Shown: positions 1-12,505 of the stretch, one piece after another
How the letters are laid out: every line of letters starts with the position of its first letter
Position numbering within the stretch: the first letter of the stretch is position 1
DNA from: an uncultured delta proteobacterium
Lineage (GTDB): Bacteria > Myxococcota_A > Polyangia > Haliangiales > Haliangiaceae
Direction: 5' to 3'
Length of the DNA: 64,000 nucleotides
Assembly: GCA_963848295.1 (NCBI GenBank)
Contig: CAWKDB010000010.1
Location: forward strand, 1,216,001-1,280,000
Notes under the pieces: model-generated
The model's input: only the letters and a program-made list of their open reading frames with translations
The model's database searches: none
What the model was told of the DNA's origin: nothing
Position numbers and translations under genes: made by a program

Positions 1-1
1 C

Positions 2-1711
2 CACGAAGAGACGCTGAGTCGCCAGCAGGCGCTCACCGCGCTGCTGTTGCACAACCTCGGCGGTCGGCTCGTGGGACCCGGCGACGATGCGATCGCCCGC
101 GACGAGCTCTCGCGCGAGCTGCACGAAGCCGTCACCGAGCTCGCGTCGATCAGCGGCGCGTACGTCAAGGACCGGCACGCCTCGGATGCGCTGCGCAAGA
201 CGCTCGCGCAGATCCGCGAACGCCTCGACAAGCTCGCGAGCAACGAACAGAAGCTGTTGCCGAAAGGTGCGAAGACCTCGCCGACCGGACGGTTCACGAT
301 GTTCGACAAGACCCTCGTCGCGGAGCTCGAGGACGATACGATCGCGCTCGCCGACTGGGTCGATCGCGAGTTGATCGAAGGCATGCTCGATATCTCCGAC
401 GAGATCGCGGCGCACCAGAAGCGCCTCGCCGATCTGTTGACGCAATACGCCAAGACGAAAGACCCGCGCGCGATGGAAGAGATCGAGCGCGAGATGCGCG
501 CGATCGACAAGGGACTCGCCGAGCTGCAACAGCACAAGCGCGGGATTCCGGAAGACGTCCTCGACCAGTACGTCAACCGCGACGCGATGCAGGCCCAGCA
601 AGGCGCGAACTGCATGGACGAAGTCGGCAAGCTGATCCGCGCCGGCAAGACGACCGAGGCGCAGCAGAAGCTCGAGCAGTGCAAGCAGCAGCAAGAGCAC
701 GGCGCCTCCGCGCAAGAAGACGGCCTGTCGAGGCTGCGCAGCGACAAGTTCAGCGACGAGCAGAAAAAACTCGACGAAGTGATGAACGAGCTCGCCGACG
801 CGTCGAAGGATCAGGATGACATCGCGGCGGAAGCCAATCGGATCTTCGAGCAATATGCCGAGAAGGCCGACGAAGTGGCGCGCGGCAACCGGCGCGAGGC
901 GAGCAAGAAGGTCGGCCCGCTCATCGACAAGCTGCGGCGCCGGATCAAAGACATCAACGAACCGGGCCTGACGCCGTTCGCGAAAGAGGAGCTGGATATC
1001 GTCGAGCGCAGGCTCGACGATGTCGAGAAGATGGTCGGCGACGGCGATCTCGCAGAAGGCGCGGCGATGGCGCACCAAGCGAAGCAAAGCCTCGACACGA
1101 TCGGCGGCGAGCTCGAGGCCGCGCTCGCCGACGATCCGAAGTCGAAGTGGGCCGATGCGACCCAAGAAGCGCTCGACGGCGTCGAGAAGACGCGACCGGC
1201 GGCGAAGGAGCTGATCGACGAGCTGTCCGCGCTGTCGCCGAAGCCCGATCAGATCATGTCCGGCGACGACCAACGCGCGCTCGATCGCCTGCGGCGGCGC
1301 CAAGACATGAACCGCGACCGGACCCGCCACCTCGCCGACCGGACGAAGCAACTCGGCGCCGAGCTACCGGGCGATGCCGCGGCCGAGCTCCAGAAGAAGC
1401 TGGGGGCTGCGGTCGACCAGATGGGGCAAGCCGTCGATCAGATGAAGGCGAAGGATCCGTCGGGCACGCGCGAGTCGACGCGCGCGGCGGCCGAGACCCT
1501 CGAGAAAGCGCGCGAGCGAGCCCGCAGCGCGGCGCGCCAGGCGCAAGAGAGCGTCACGAACGACGAGCCGATTCGCATCCCGGGCGCCGACGAGTACAAG
1601 ACGCCAGAGAAGTTCCGCGAGGAGCTGCAGCAGGGCATGTCGAAGAAGACCGACAAGGTCGATCCGTACGACGACATGATCAATCGCTACATCCAGGACC
1701 TCAACCGATGA
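2..1711 (+). CDS. Long coiled-coil protein (DUF4175-like), 5'-truncated by the window edge
   Basis: Frame is open from base 2. Heptad-rich, A/E/Q/K-rich helical sequence ending IRIPGADEY..PEKFREEL..GM. Stop overlaps the next ATG (ATGA). Confidence 0.65.
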   Translation, partial: HEETLSRQQALTALLLHNLGGRLVGPGDDAIARDELSRELHEAVTELASISGAYVKDRHASDALRKTLAQIRERLDKLASNEQKLLPKGAKTSPTGRFTMFDKTLVAELEDDTIALADWVDRELIEGMLDISDEIAAHQKRLADLLTQYAKTKDPRAMEEIEREMRAIDKGLAELQQHKRGIPEDVLDQYVNRDAMQAQQGANCMDEVGKLIRAGKTTEAQQKLEQCKQQQEHGASAQEDGLSRLRSDKFSDEQKKLDEVMNELADASKDQDDIAAEANRIFEQYAEKADEVARGNRREASKKVGPLIDKLRRRIKDINEPGLTPFAKEELDIVERRLDDVEKMVGDGDLAEGAAMAHQAKQSLDTIGGELEAALADDPKSKWADATQEALDGVEKTRPAAKELIDELSALSPKPDQIMSGDDQRALDRLRRRQDMNRDRTRHLADRTKQLGAELPGDAAAELQKKLGAAVDQMGQAVDQMKAKDPSGTRESTRAAAETLEKARERARSAARQAQESVTNDEPIRIPGADEYKTPEKFREELQQGMSKKTDKVDPYDDMINRYIQDLNR

Positions 1712-3261
1712 GGCACCTCGTGGCCACGGCGCTGCTGCTCGCTGCGATCGCGGTGCCTGCGGATGCGCGGCGCGATCGCACGGTCAACGGCGACGTGATC
1801 AAGGCGGCGCGATTCCTGTCGTCGGCGCGGATCGAAGACGCGCGCGCGTTGCTCGCCGATCTGCAGAAGCGCGCACCCGATACGATCGAAGTGCATTGGC
1901 TGACCGCCGAGCTCGCGTTCCAGTCCGGCGACTACACCGGCGCGCTCAAGGCGCTCGACAAAGTTCCGGACGACGCGCTCGACGGCCTGGCCGGCACGAC
2001 GCGCAAGCTCGCGACCAGCACGCTCGCGGTGACCGCGAGCTTCGTCGAGACCCGCTCGCCGAAGGGCCACTTCGCGGTGCGCTACGCACCCGGCCCCGAC
2101 GCCGCGATCGCCGAGCTCGCGGGCGAGACGCTCGATGCGGCGTGGGAGACGATCGGCGATGACCTCGGGCTGAAGCCGGACGATGTGATCCGGGTCGAGC
2201 TCTACGGCGCGCCGGCGGACCTCGCGAAGGTGTCGCCGCTGACCGAGACCGAGATCGAGACGACCGGCACGATCGCGCTGTCGAAGTACAACAAGCTGAT
2301 GGCAGTGTCGCCGCGCGCGACGCTGTTCGGTTATCCGTGGATGGACGCGCTCGCGCACGAGTACACGCACTTGCTCGTGGCGCGGCTGTCGCACGACACC
2401 GTGCCGGTGTGGCTGCAGGAAGGCCTCGCCCGGTTCGAGCAGACGCGGTGGCGCCGGCCGCCCGAGCTCGTGCTGTCGTCGACCGAGCAAGCGCTGCTCA
2501 CCGCGGGCCTGCGCAAGGGACGGCTGATCACGTTCGAGCAGATGCACCCGTCGATGGCGAAGCTCCCGAGCCAGGAGGCCGCCGCGCTCGCCTACGCCGA
2601 GGTCTACAGCTTGGTCGCGTGGGTCCAGCAGAAGCTCGACTACAAAGGACTGCGCGACATCATCGCGGCGCAACGCGACGGCAAGTCGGCGCGGTTCGCG
2701 GTCGCCGAGGCGATGGGGGAACCGTGGCCGCAGGTCGAGAAGGAGTGGCGCGCTCACCTGCGGATGGGCGATGGCAAGGCGCGCGCCGGTAAGCCGATCA
2801 AGTTCCACAAAGGTGGCGTCGACTCCGAGAACGTCGGGATCGAAGGCGTCTCGGTCCGCGCGCGCAAGTTCGCGCGGCTCGGCGGCATGTTGCGCGCGCG
2901 CGGCATGCTCGATGCGGCCGCGGTCGAATACGAGAAAGCCCTCGCGGTCGGCGGCTCGGACTCGTTCGTCGCAGGCAAGCTCGCGCGCACGCTGGTCGAG
3001 CTCGGCCGGTTCGACCGGGCGATCGAGCTCGCCGCGCCGCTCGCCGCGGCCGACGACCACGATGCGGCCCCGGCGGTCACGCTCGGCATCGCCCACGCCG
3101 CCCGGCACGAGTGGGCTGACGCGATCTCGGCGTTCGAGCAAGCGCTGCGGGTGAGCCCCTTCGATCCTCAAACTCGCTGCGGATTGGCAGAAGCCTACGC
3201 ACAAATCAGCGATACTCGGGCGGCTCGCGAGCGCTCGGCCTGCGACCAGCTCAAGAAATGA
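1708..3261 (+). CDS. Secreted TPR-containing peptidase MA-family (gluzincin-like) protein
   Basis: Signal peptide MRHLVATALLLAAIAVPADA; HEYTH zinc motif followed by WLQEGLA; C-terminal TPR-like repeats. Confidence 0.8.
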   Translation: MRHLVATALLLAAIAVPADARRDRTVNGDVIKAARFLSSARIEDARALLADLQKRAPDTIEVHWLTAELAFQSGDYTGALKALDKVPDDALDGLAGTTRKLATSTLAVTASFVETRSPKGHFAVRYAPGPDAAIAELAGETLDAAWETIGDDLGLKPDDVIRVELYGAPADLAKVSPLTETEIETTGTIALSKYNKLMAVSPRATLFGYPWMDALAHEYTHLLVARLSHDTVPVWLQEGLARFEQTRWRRPPELVLSSTEQALLTAGLRKGRLITFEQMHPSMAKLPSQEAAALAYAEVYSLVAWVQQKLDYKGLRDIIAAQRDGKSARFAVAEAMGEPWPQVEKEWRAHLRMGDGKARAGKPIKFHKGGVDSENVGIEGVSVRARKFARLGGMLRARGMLDAAAVEYEKALAVGGSDSFVAGKLARTLVELGRFDRAIELAAPLAAADDHDAAPAVTLGIAHAARHEWADAISAFEQALRVSPFDPQTRCGLAEAYAQISDTRAARERSACDQLKK

Positions 3262-4379
3262 AGTCCTCTCCCGACATCACGCCGCTGCGTCCCGACGCTC
3301 GCCCGGAACCGCGCGAAGACCAGCAAACCGAGGTCAATCCGATCGTCGTGCCGCAGAGCATCGACGATGTTCCGACCGGGCCCGCCGCGCAGGTCAAGAC
3401 CGACCTCGAAGCGGTCGGGGAGCTCGCCCAGGCGCACGATCAGATCGTCGCCGAGATCGAGAAGCGGATCATCGGCCAGCGCAAGGTCGTCGACCAGCTG
3501 CTGATCGCGCTGTTCGCGCGCGGCCACACGCTGTTCGTCGGCGTGCCGGGGTTGGCGAAGACGCTGCTGATCTCGACGCTCGCCGAGACGCTGAACCTCT
3601 CGTTCCAACGCATCCAGTTCACGCCCGACCTCATGCCGGCCGATATCACCGGCACCGAGGTGCTCGAAGAAGATCACACGACCGGTCGCCGTGCGTTCCG
3701 GTTCTTGAAGGGCCCGGTGTTCGCAAACCTCGTACTCGCCGACGAGATCAACCGCACGCCGCCGAAGACCCAGGCGGCGCTGCTCCAGTCGATGCAGGAG
3801 TATCGCGTCACCGCCGGCGGCATGACTCACGATCTGCCGCTGCCGTTCCTCGTGTTCGCGACGCAAAACCCGATCGAGCAAGAGGGCACGTATCCGCTGC
3901 CCGAGGCGCAACTCGATCGCTTCATGTTCCAGATCGATGTCGACTACCCGAGCGAGACCGAAGAAGAAGAGATCGTGCGGCGGCAGACCAGCGATCACCG
4001 CCCGGAGCTACAACGCGTGCTGTCCCCGACGCGGATCATGCAGCTGCAGGACCTCGTGCGCCGGGTGCCGGTCGCCGATCACGTCGTGAAATACGCGGTC
4101 GGGCTCGCGCGTGCGACCCGGCCGACCTCGCCCAGTGCGCCGGCGTTCGTCAGAGACAGCGTGTCGTGGGGCGCCGGTCCGCGCGCATCGCAGTTCCTGA
4201 TCCTCGCCGCGAAGGCGCGCGCGATCCTCGCCGGTCGGTTTGCCGTTCAGATCGACGATGTCGCGGCGCTCGCTCGGCCGACGCTGCAGCACCGGCTGAT
4301 CCTCAACTACCGCGCCGAAGCGGAAGGCCAACGCCCGGGCGACATCGTCGACCGGCTGCTGTCGGTCGTCACGCCGTAA
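3258..4379 (+). CDS. moxR: MoxR family AAA+ ATPase
   Basis: GVPGLAKT Walker A, RIQFTPDLMPAD, LADEINRTPPKTQAALL, ATQNPIEQEGTYPLPEAQLDRF. Confidence 0.95.
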   Translation: MKSSPDITPLRPDARPEPREDQQTEVNPIVVPQSIDDVPTGPAAQVKTDLEAVGELAQAHDQIVAEIEKRIIGQRKVVDQLLIALFARGHTLFVGVPGLAKTLLISTLAETLNLSFQRIQFTPDLMPADITGTEVLEEDHTTGRRAFRFLKGPVFANLVLADEINRTPPKTQAALLQSMQEYRVTAGGMTHDLPLPFLVFATQNPIEQEGTYPLPEAQLDRFMFQIDVDYPSETEEEEIVRRQTSDHRPELQRVLSPTRIMQLQDLVRRVPVADHVVKYAVGLARATRPTSPSAPAFVRDSVSWGAGPRASQFLILAAKARAILAGRFAVQIDDVAALARPTLQHRLILNYRAEAEGQRPGDIVDRLLSVVTP

Positions 4380-4384
4380 TCGCG

Positions 4385-5326
4385 ATGAAGATCGATCCGG
4401 CGCAGCTCGCGCGGCTCGGCAGCCTCCCGATCAAGGCACGGGTGATCGTCGAAGGCGCGCTGTCCGGCTTGCATCGAGCGTCGGTGCATGGCTCGTCGGT
4501 CGAGTTCGCCGAGCACAAGGAATATTCTCCCGGCGACGAGCTGCGCAACGTCGACTGGAAGGCGTACGCCAAGCTCGACCGTTACTACGTCAAGCAGTTC
4601 GAACAAGAGTCACAGCTCACGGTCTACCTGTTGCTCGACGCCTCGGCGTCGATGGCGTTCGGCGGCGGCGGCATGCCGAAGCTCGAGTACGCGGGCCTGC
4701 TCACCGCCGCGCTCGCGTATCTCGTCGTCGAGCAACAGGACAAGCTCGGGTTCGTGGCGTGTGGCGATCGCGCGGTCGAGACGATCGTGCCGCCACGCGC
4801 GCGGACGAGCCACTTGCACGACGTGCTCGGCGTGATCGAACGCGTCGTCGCGAGCGGCGGCAAGGGCGACGAATCGCCGGCGCACGCCCTCGCGCGGATC
4901 GCCGAGCTGACCCGCCGCCGGCGCGCGCTGATCATCCTCGCGACCGACCTATTCGACGGCGATGATGCCACGCTGACCGAGCTCGCGCACCTGCGCGCAC
5001 AGCACCACGACGTCTCGGTCATCCACATCCTCGATCCGCACGAGCGCACGTTTCCGTACGACGGGCTCACCGAGTTTGTCGCGCTCGAGTCGACGAACAA
5101 GATGCTCGTCAACCCGGCCGCGATCCGCACCGCCTACCTCGAGCGGATGGACGCGTTCCTCGCGAAGTGCAAGGGCATGCTCGCCGCCGCGGGCGTCGAC
5201 TACCACCTGACCTCGACCGATCGCCGGCCCGAGGAAACGCTGCTGGAGCTGCTCGTCGCGCGGACGCGGCTCGCACCCGGCCGGCGCGCACGCGGTGGCA
5301 CCGCCGCGACGGGGAGCGCGCGCTGA
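4385..5326 (+). CDS. DUF58 domain protein (MoxR partner)
   Basis: GSSVEFAEHKEYSPGDELRNVDWK and LLDASASM motifs; directly follows moxR. Confidence 0.9.
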   Translation: MKIDPAQLARLGSLPIKARVIVEGALSGLHRASVHGSSVEFAEHKEYSPGDELRNVDWKAYAKLDRYYVKQFEQESQLTVYLLLDASASMAFGGGGMPKLEYAGLLTAALAYLVVEQQDKLGFVACGDRAVETIVPPRARTSHLHDVLGVIERVVASGGKGDESPAHALARIAELTRRRRALIILATDLFDGDDATLTELAHLRAQHHDVSVIHILDPHERTFPYDGLTEFVALESTNKMLVNPAAIRTAYLERMDAFLAKCKGMLAAAGVDYHLTSTDRRPEETLLELLVARTRLAPGRRARGGTAATGSAR

Positions 5327-7469
5327 TGGGGTTTCTCGCGCCGCTCATGCTCGTCGGCGTGCTCGCGATCGGTGTGCCGATCGCGATCCATCTGATCGGC
5401 CGCCGGCGCGCGAAGATCGTGAAGTTCGCGGCGCTCGACTTCCTGCTGACCACGAAACGCCGTACCGCGCGACGGCTGCGACTGCGCGAGCGGATCTTGC
5501 TGCTGGTCCGGGCGCTCGGCTGTCTCGCGATCGCCCTCGCGCTCGCGAAGCCGTTCGCGTCGTGCGAGCGCAGAGGCACGGCGGTGACGCGCGGCCCGCA
5601 GGCCGCGGTCCTCGTGATCGATGACTCGTTCGCCTCGGGCTACAAGATCGACGGCAAGGTCTGGCTGCGTACCGCGACCGACGAGGCGCGCCGGATCGTG
5701 ACCCAGCTCGGACCCGAAGCCGAGATCGCGATCGTCCGTACATCGGAAGGCGCCGACCAGCCAAGCGAGCTGACGCGCGACCACATCCGCCTGCGCGACG
5801 AGCTGCTCGCGCTCGAGCCGACCGCTCGGCCAGCCGATACGACGCGCGCGCTCGCCCGCGCCGCCCAGCTGCTCGCCGCGTCGAGTCACGCGCGCAAGAC
5901 CGTGTTCGTGCTGTCGCTGCTCGCGAAGACCGGCTTGCGCCCCGATGATCCGCCGTGGGGCAAGAACGGGCCGACGCTTTCGGTCATCGACCTGCGGCCG
6001 CCGCAGATGCCGAACCTCGCGGTCACCGCCCTGCACGTCGACCCCGATCCAGTGGCCGGCACGCGCGGCGTCGCGTTCGATGCCGAGGTCGGCAATTTCA
6101 GCGCGCAGCCCGCGAAGGTCGAGTTGTCGTTGTCGATCGCCGATCATGTCGTCGCCCGCGGCGAGCTCGCGCTCGGGCCGGGCGAAAAGAAGACGAAGCG
6201 ATTCCTCGCGACGTTGCCCGCCGGATCGCGGGCATCCGATGCACAGGTCATGCTCCGCGGAGACGACCCCGGGAAGTCCCTGACGAAGGACGCGCTCGCG
6301 ATCGACGATCGGCGCTGGGTGCGGGCGCAGTTGCGGGACGAGGTCCGGGTGCTGCTCGTCGACGGCGATCCGCGCACGGTGCGCCACGACGACGAGCTGT
6401 TCTACCTCGAGGCCGCGTTGCGTCCGGGAGATCGCGACGACAGCGGCACGCAAGTTCGGACGATCACCGCCGAGGAGCTCGCCGGCCTCGATCCGAAGTC
6501 GCGGACGAACGCGAATGCGCTCGACCTCGCTGACTTCGACGTCGTCGTACTCGCGAACGTGCCGGCACTCCCTGTCGATCAAGTCAGCGCGCTCGCCGCA
6601 TGGGTCACCGCCGGCGGCGGCGTGCTGATCACGCCCGGCGATCGCGTCGATCCTGCCGCGTACGACCGCACGATGCTGCCACTGATGCCGCAAGGGCTGC
6701 GCGATCCGATCGATGTGACCTGGGGCGCGGCACCGGAAGAGCGCGACAGCCGCGCGCTCCACCTCGTCAAGTGGGAAGCCGATCACCCGATCTTCGCCGA
6801 CTTCAAAGCCGACGCGCCCGAGCTCGCCGATGCGAAGTTCTACAAGGTCTCGCTGCTCGGCCCGACCACGAATACGACGGATCGCCGAGTGCTCGCGCGC
6901 TACACCAACGGCGCTGAAGCGCTGGTCGAGGCGTCACTCGGCGCCGGTCGCACGCTGCTGTTCACGTCCACGATCGATCACGACTGGAACGACCTGCCGA
7001 TGCACCGCGGGTTCTTGCCGCTGATGCAGAGGATCATGCAGCACCTCGCGCGCAAGCACACCGAGCTCGGCGATGGCGACCATGTCGTCGGCGGCTCGGT
7101 CGTGTTGCCGACCAGCGATCTCAAGAAGCTCGAGGTTCGGGGGCCCGACGGGATTGGCATGGTGTTCGAAGGTGATCGGATCGCGGGTCGTAGCTCGGTG
7201 CGCTTCGGCAAGACCGATCGGCCTGGCATCTATCGCGTGATCGGCACGGACCAGACCGACAGCACGCACGATCGGGACGAGCTCGCATTCGCGGTCAACC
7301 TCGATCCGCGCGGCTCGGATCTCACGGAGGCGCCGCCCGAGATGTTGCCGCGATCGGGGACCGGTAGCGCGGCGGCACCGGCCGACGCCGAACGCCGAGT
7401 CGAGCTGTGGCACGCGCTCGCCGCGATCGTGCTGCTCATGCTGCTCGCCGAAGGGATCCTGGTCCAGCG

Positions 7470-7473
<4 letters not shown>
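5326..7473 (+). CDS. BatA/vWA domain membrane protein with glutamine-amidotransferase-like C-terminal region
   Basis: N-terminal PIAIHLI..R..VKFAAL.FL (BatA-type), VIDDSFAS vWA-like motif, C-terminal TM helix; TGATG coupling to the upstream gene. Confidence 0.85.
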
Positions 7474-8893
<1,420 letters not shown>

Positions 8894-8897
<4 letters not shown>

Positions 8898-10006
8898 AGG
8901 CCGGCGAGACGCTCGGCGAGCCGGCGATGCTCGACGCTGCCGATGACCTCGCGCCCTACGGCCGGCAAGTGCGCGAGCGCGTCCGCGTGCGCCCGTTTCA
9001 TCGCGCGGACGCGCGCGGCCGCCGCGCCGATCTTCGCCGCGAACGTGGAGTCGCGTTCCGCTTCGCCGATCAGCGCCGCTTCGGCCGCCGCTTGGTTCGC
9101 CTCGTCGCGGCACAGCAACAGCGCATCGCAGCCCGCGCGAATCGCCGCCACCGCCGCAGGCCCAGCGCCGAAGTGTGACGCGATCGCCTTCATGTCGAGA
9201 TCGTCGGATGCGATCACCCCGCGATAGCCGATCCGATCGCGCAGTAAGCCGGTGATCACGCGCTCGCTCAGGGTCGCCGGTCGATCCGGATCGAGCGCTG
9301 CAAACACGACGTGCGCGGTCATCAGCATCGGCAAGCCCGCCGCGGCCGCCCGACGAAACGGCAGCAACTCGATCTGCTCGAGCCGATCCCAGCCGTGGTC
9401 GATCCGCGGCAGCTCGAGGTGCGAGTCGGTATCGGTATCGCCGTGGCCGGGGAAGTGCTTGCCGCAAGCAACCACGCCCGCCGTCGCCAACCCGCGCGCG
9501 AACGCGAGCGCTCGCCGCGCTACCGCCTCGGCGGCCGTGCCGAACGCGCGGTCGCCGATGATCGGATTCGCCGGGTTCGTGTGCACGTCGAGCACCGGCG
9601 CGAAGTCGATGTCGATGCCGAGCACGCGCAGCTCGCTGCCCAGCGCGTGGCCGACGCGTTCGGCGGTCGCCTCGTCGTCGCCAGCCGGCAAGCCCTCGTG
9701 CGCTATCATCGGCGGCCATCGGGTCGCAGGCGCGCGGATGCGTTGGACCACGCCGCCCTCTTGATCGATCGCCACGAGCGCCGGCGTGCCGTCGGGCGCA
9801 CGGCGATGCAGCTCCGCGGTCAGCGCCGCGAGCGCGTCGAGATCGCACAGCTCTTGCGCGTCGCCGCCGCCGTTCGAGAATCGCAAGTTGCGCTTGAACA
9901 GGATCGTCGCACCGGCGCGGCCGGCGTCGAGCTGCTCGCGCAGCGCCGGTGGCACCGTAGGGCCTGCGAAGCCGAGCCATAGCACTTGACCGACGTCGTC
10001 GCGCAC
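8894..10006 (-). CDS. nagZ: Beta-N-acetylhexosaminidase (GH3)
   Basis: IDQEGGVVQR, FAPVLDV, KHFPGHGDTDTDSH, SDDLDM motifs. GTG start inferred. Confidence 0.9.
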
Positions 10007-10025
10007 GCCGCGAACGTAGCACGCG

Positions 10026-11306
10026 CTACTGGCCGGGCTCCGGATTCTCCGAGCACGCCATGGCGGTCGGCACCGGCACGCACTCGCCCATCGAGCCGAT
10101 GGAGAGTGTGACGCTGATGTTAGCGGTCGGCATGCCTGACCGCTCGACCGCGAGGTCGACTTCACCGAGCACCGACGTGTTTGAAGTGAGCTGGCCGACC
10201 AACGTGTCTTCGATCCAGAAATTGTCGGTCGTCACCGTGATCGCCTGGAGTGGAGAGACGCCCAACGCCGGTTGGGTCGTCGCCAGGCTCGTCCGCCAGT
10301 TCGTCGGCGAGGTCGAGACGCTGATGAGGCAAGGCGCGGCGGACGAGCACTTCAGATCGGGGATCAGCAGCTGACCGGCGTCATCCACGCACGGGGCGTA
10401 GATCGACCCGGTGCCCTTGTCGAGGATCGTGCACGTAAACGCGTCGGACGCGGCACACGACCCGGTCGGCAGGCAGTCCTGTGGTTGACCGTTCGCGACG
10501 TCCTCGCAGTACCTGACGCCGCTGCAGGTCGGTTCGTCGGGGGGCGTGCACGGCGTCGCGACCGGCACCAGCTCGCCATCGCAGTTCGTGTCTTGGCCGT
10601 CGCACGTCTCGACCGCACCGGCGTAGAAGCTCGCGCGCGTGTCGTCGCAGTCGGGCGCCGTCGCGTCGTCGGCCGTGTCGTTGTCACAATCGAGGTCGAG
10701 CGGCCGCATCAACGCGTCGCCGTCATCGGACAACAACACGCGGAGCTCGCCGCCGGCCATCGGGTGCCAGACGAAGCCGCTGTTCGTGGCGCCGCACGTC
10801 ACGAGCTCGTACTGGCCCGCGCCGATCGAGCCGTCGGCGCTCGGCGGCACCACCCGCTCGAGCCTGATCGGGAACTCCTCGGTCGTGTTGCTATCGGCCG
10901 GGGGCAACTCGATCGCGGCGGGCGCACCATTGCTGTCGACGAACGTGCCGATCGCGGTCGGCGCGGACATGGACCCGACGATCGCGAACGCGACGTAGTG
11001 GGTGGTACCGGCGCCCGGCTCGGGGCCGAGCTCGATCACGGCTTTGCCGAGATCGGCGAACGACTCGTCGAACGCGCCGACCATGACGGCCTGCTTGTAG
11101 TACACGACGTCGCTGTCCGCGAGCGACCCGGGCGAGGTCCGCTGGTGTAGCGGCATCGACGCCGAGGGATCGACGAGCACGACCGTGATGTCGGACCCGC
11201 CGCCGAACCCGCGCGGACCGAGCTTCAACTCGGTGCCGGCGGAGGGGTGCTTCGCGCACCCGGCGAGCACCGCCGCGAGCAGCGCAAGGTCGGCGAGCCG
11301 GCGCAT
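10026..11306 (-). CDS. Cys-rich lipoprotein with putative metal-binding (MopE-like) repeat
   Basis: Lipobox LAGC; DCDD...YAGAVETCDGQDTNCDG repeat typical of myxobacterial surface proteins. Confidence 0.7.
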   Translation of the reverse strand: MRRLADLALLAAVLAGCAKHPSAGTELKLGPRGFGGGSDITVVLVDPSASMPLHQRTSPGSLADSDVVYYKQAVMVGAFDESFADLGKAVIELGPEPGAGTTHYVAFAIVGSMSAPTAIGTFVDSNGAPAAIELPPADSNTTEEFPIRLERVVPPSADGSIGAGQYELVTCGATNSGFVWHPMAGGELRVLLSDDGDALMRPLDLDCDNDTADDATAPDCDDTRASFYAGAVETCDGQDTNCDGELVPVATPCTPPDEPTCSGVRYCEDVANGQPQDCLPTGSCAASDAFTCTILDKGTGSIYAPCVDDAGQLLIPDLKCSSAAPCLISVSTSPTNWRTSLATTQPALGVSPLQAITVTTDNFWIEDTLVGQLTSNTSVLGEVDLAVERSGMPTANISVTLSIGSMGECVPVPTAMACSENPEPGQ

Positions 11307-11471
11307 TCCCATCAACGATGTTAGTGCGAGTGACGTGCCGGGCCAACTCCCCTCGAGCCCCGGCCGGAGATGCCCGGATCGACGAGCGTGTCGTGTAGGT
11401 CGAGGTCCGCGCCGTGTGAGCCAGATCGCGAACGGCGTTGGCGCCCCGAGGCCGATCGATCGCGCCAATGG

Positions 11472-12395
11472 TCAGCGTCCGAACGAGTTGCCCTCGCCCG
11501 CGAGCTCGAGGCGCTGCGCTGATTCGGTCGCGGTGTAAACGACAATCGTCCGCACCGTCGCGAACCGCAGGGCGAGCACGACCTCCCGCCGGCCGTCGCC
11601 GTCGACATCGAGGACGCCGAGCACATCGAGCGTCACCGTCGAGTTCGGGTCGCCTTCCGCCGTCAGCTTGACGTCGTAGAGCTGAAACTTCGGAGTACAG
11701 TGCGGGGTCGCGTTTGGCGTCACGGTCCACTCGGCCGCCGGTGCGCGGATGCCGTCGAGCACCCCGGACAGCGGGAAGGCTTCGAGCCGGCCGTCACCAT
11801 CGATATCGACTGCGAGGTTGTCGCCGTCGATGCAAGCGCCGCCGGTCGGGAAGGTCGCGGTCTCGGGCGGATCATCGGGTCGCGCGAGCTCGCCCACCGC
11901 CAGACCGCAGCCTCCCGTCGCGAGGCGGCACGCCGGCTCTTCCGCCCGCGGCGATCCTTGCGTCGTCGTCGGGTTGAGCGCGATCTCGTAGGTGCACGGC
12001 GATGCGCCGACGTAGGTCCCGGTCGCGACCGATAGCCCGGGGGCGAGATCGACCAGTCCCAGGGTGTCGAACGCCCCAGCCATCTTGCCGTCGACCCCAT
12101 AGACGACGAACCGCGGCACGCTGCCGCGCTCGACCACGTCGTCGACGTCGGCGGGCGTATCGGTCCACTGAACGCCGCGCATGACGAGCGGATCGACCGC
12201 CGCGCGGCCGCCTGCCCCCTGCGGACACATCTCCCCGACCACCACGTGCCGCCCGACCTGGGCCGGTTGAATCCTGACCAGCTTTGCAGTTGGAGGCGGT
12301 TCTGGTGGCGGTTCTGGTGGCTTGAAGCTCGGCGCACACGCTATAAGCAGCACGCAACAGGCAACGCGGGGCGTCGAGCCACAGTCTAGAGCCAT
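11472..12395 (-). CDS. Hypothetical lipoprotein with DxDGDG Ca-binding-type motifs
   Basis: LLIAC lipobox-like; DIDGDGR and DVDGDGRRE motifs; GC3-biased frame. Start uncertain. Confidence 0.6.
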   Translation of the reverse strand: MALDCGSTPRVACCVLLIACAPSFKPPEPPPEPPPTAKLVRIQPAQVGRHVVVGEMCPQGAGGRAAVDPLVMRGVQWTDTPADVDDVVERGSVPRFVVYGVDGKMAGAFDTLGLVDLAPGLSVATGTYVGASPCTYEIALNPTTTQGSPRAEEPACRLATGGCGLAVGELARPDDPPETATFPTGGACIDGDNLAVDIDGDGRLEAFPLSGVLDGIRAPAAEWTVTPNATPHCTPKFQLYDVKLTAEGDPNSTVTLDVLGVLDVDGDGRREVVLALRFATVRTIVVYTATESAQRLELAGEGNSFGR

Positions 12396-12505
12396 CGCAT
12401 GCACCATACGCGTGGGCATCGGACTCGGCCAGAACCCGACCAGATGCTCAGCCCTTGTCGCGCAACTCACTCACCCGACTGATCCTGGAAACCGGCGGCT
12501 TATCC

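Noticed and set aside
1147..1707. N-terminal extensions in the ORF track (also 4166, 5167, 36641, 53927, 55095, 57835)
   Set aside because: They mostly overlap neighbouring genes; downstream starts match signal peptides, domain boundaries or stop/start coupling.
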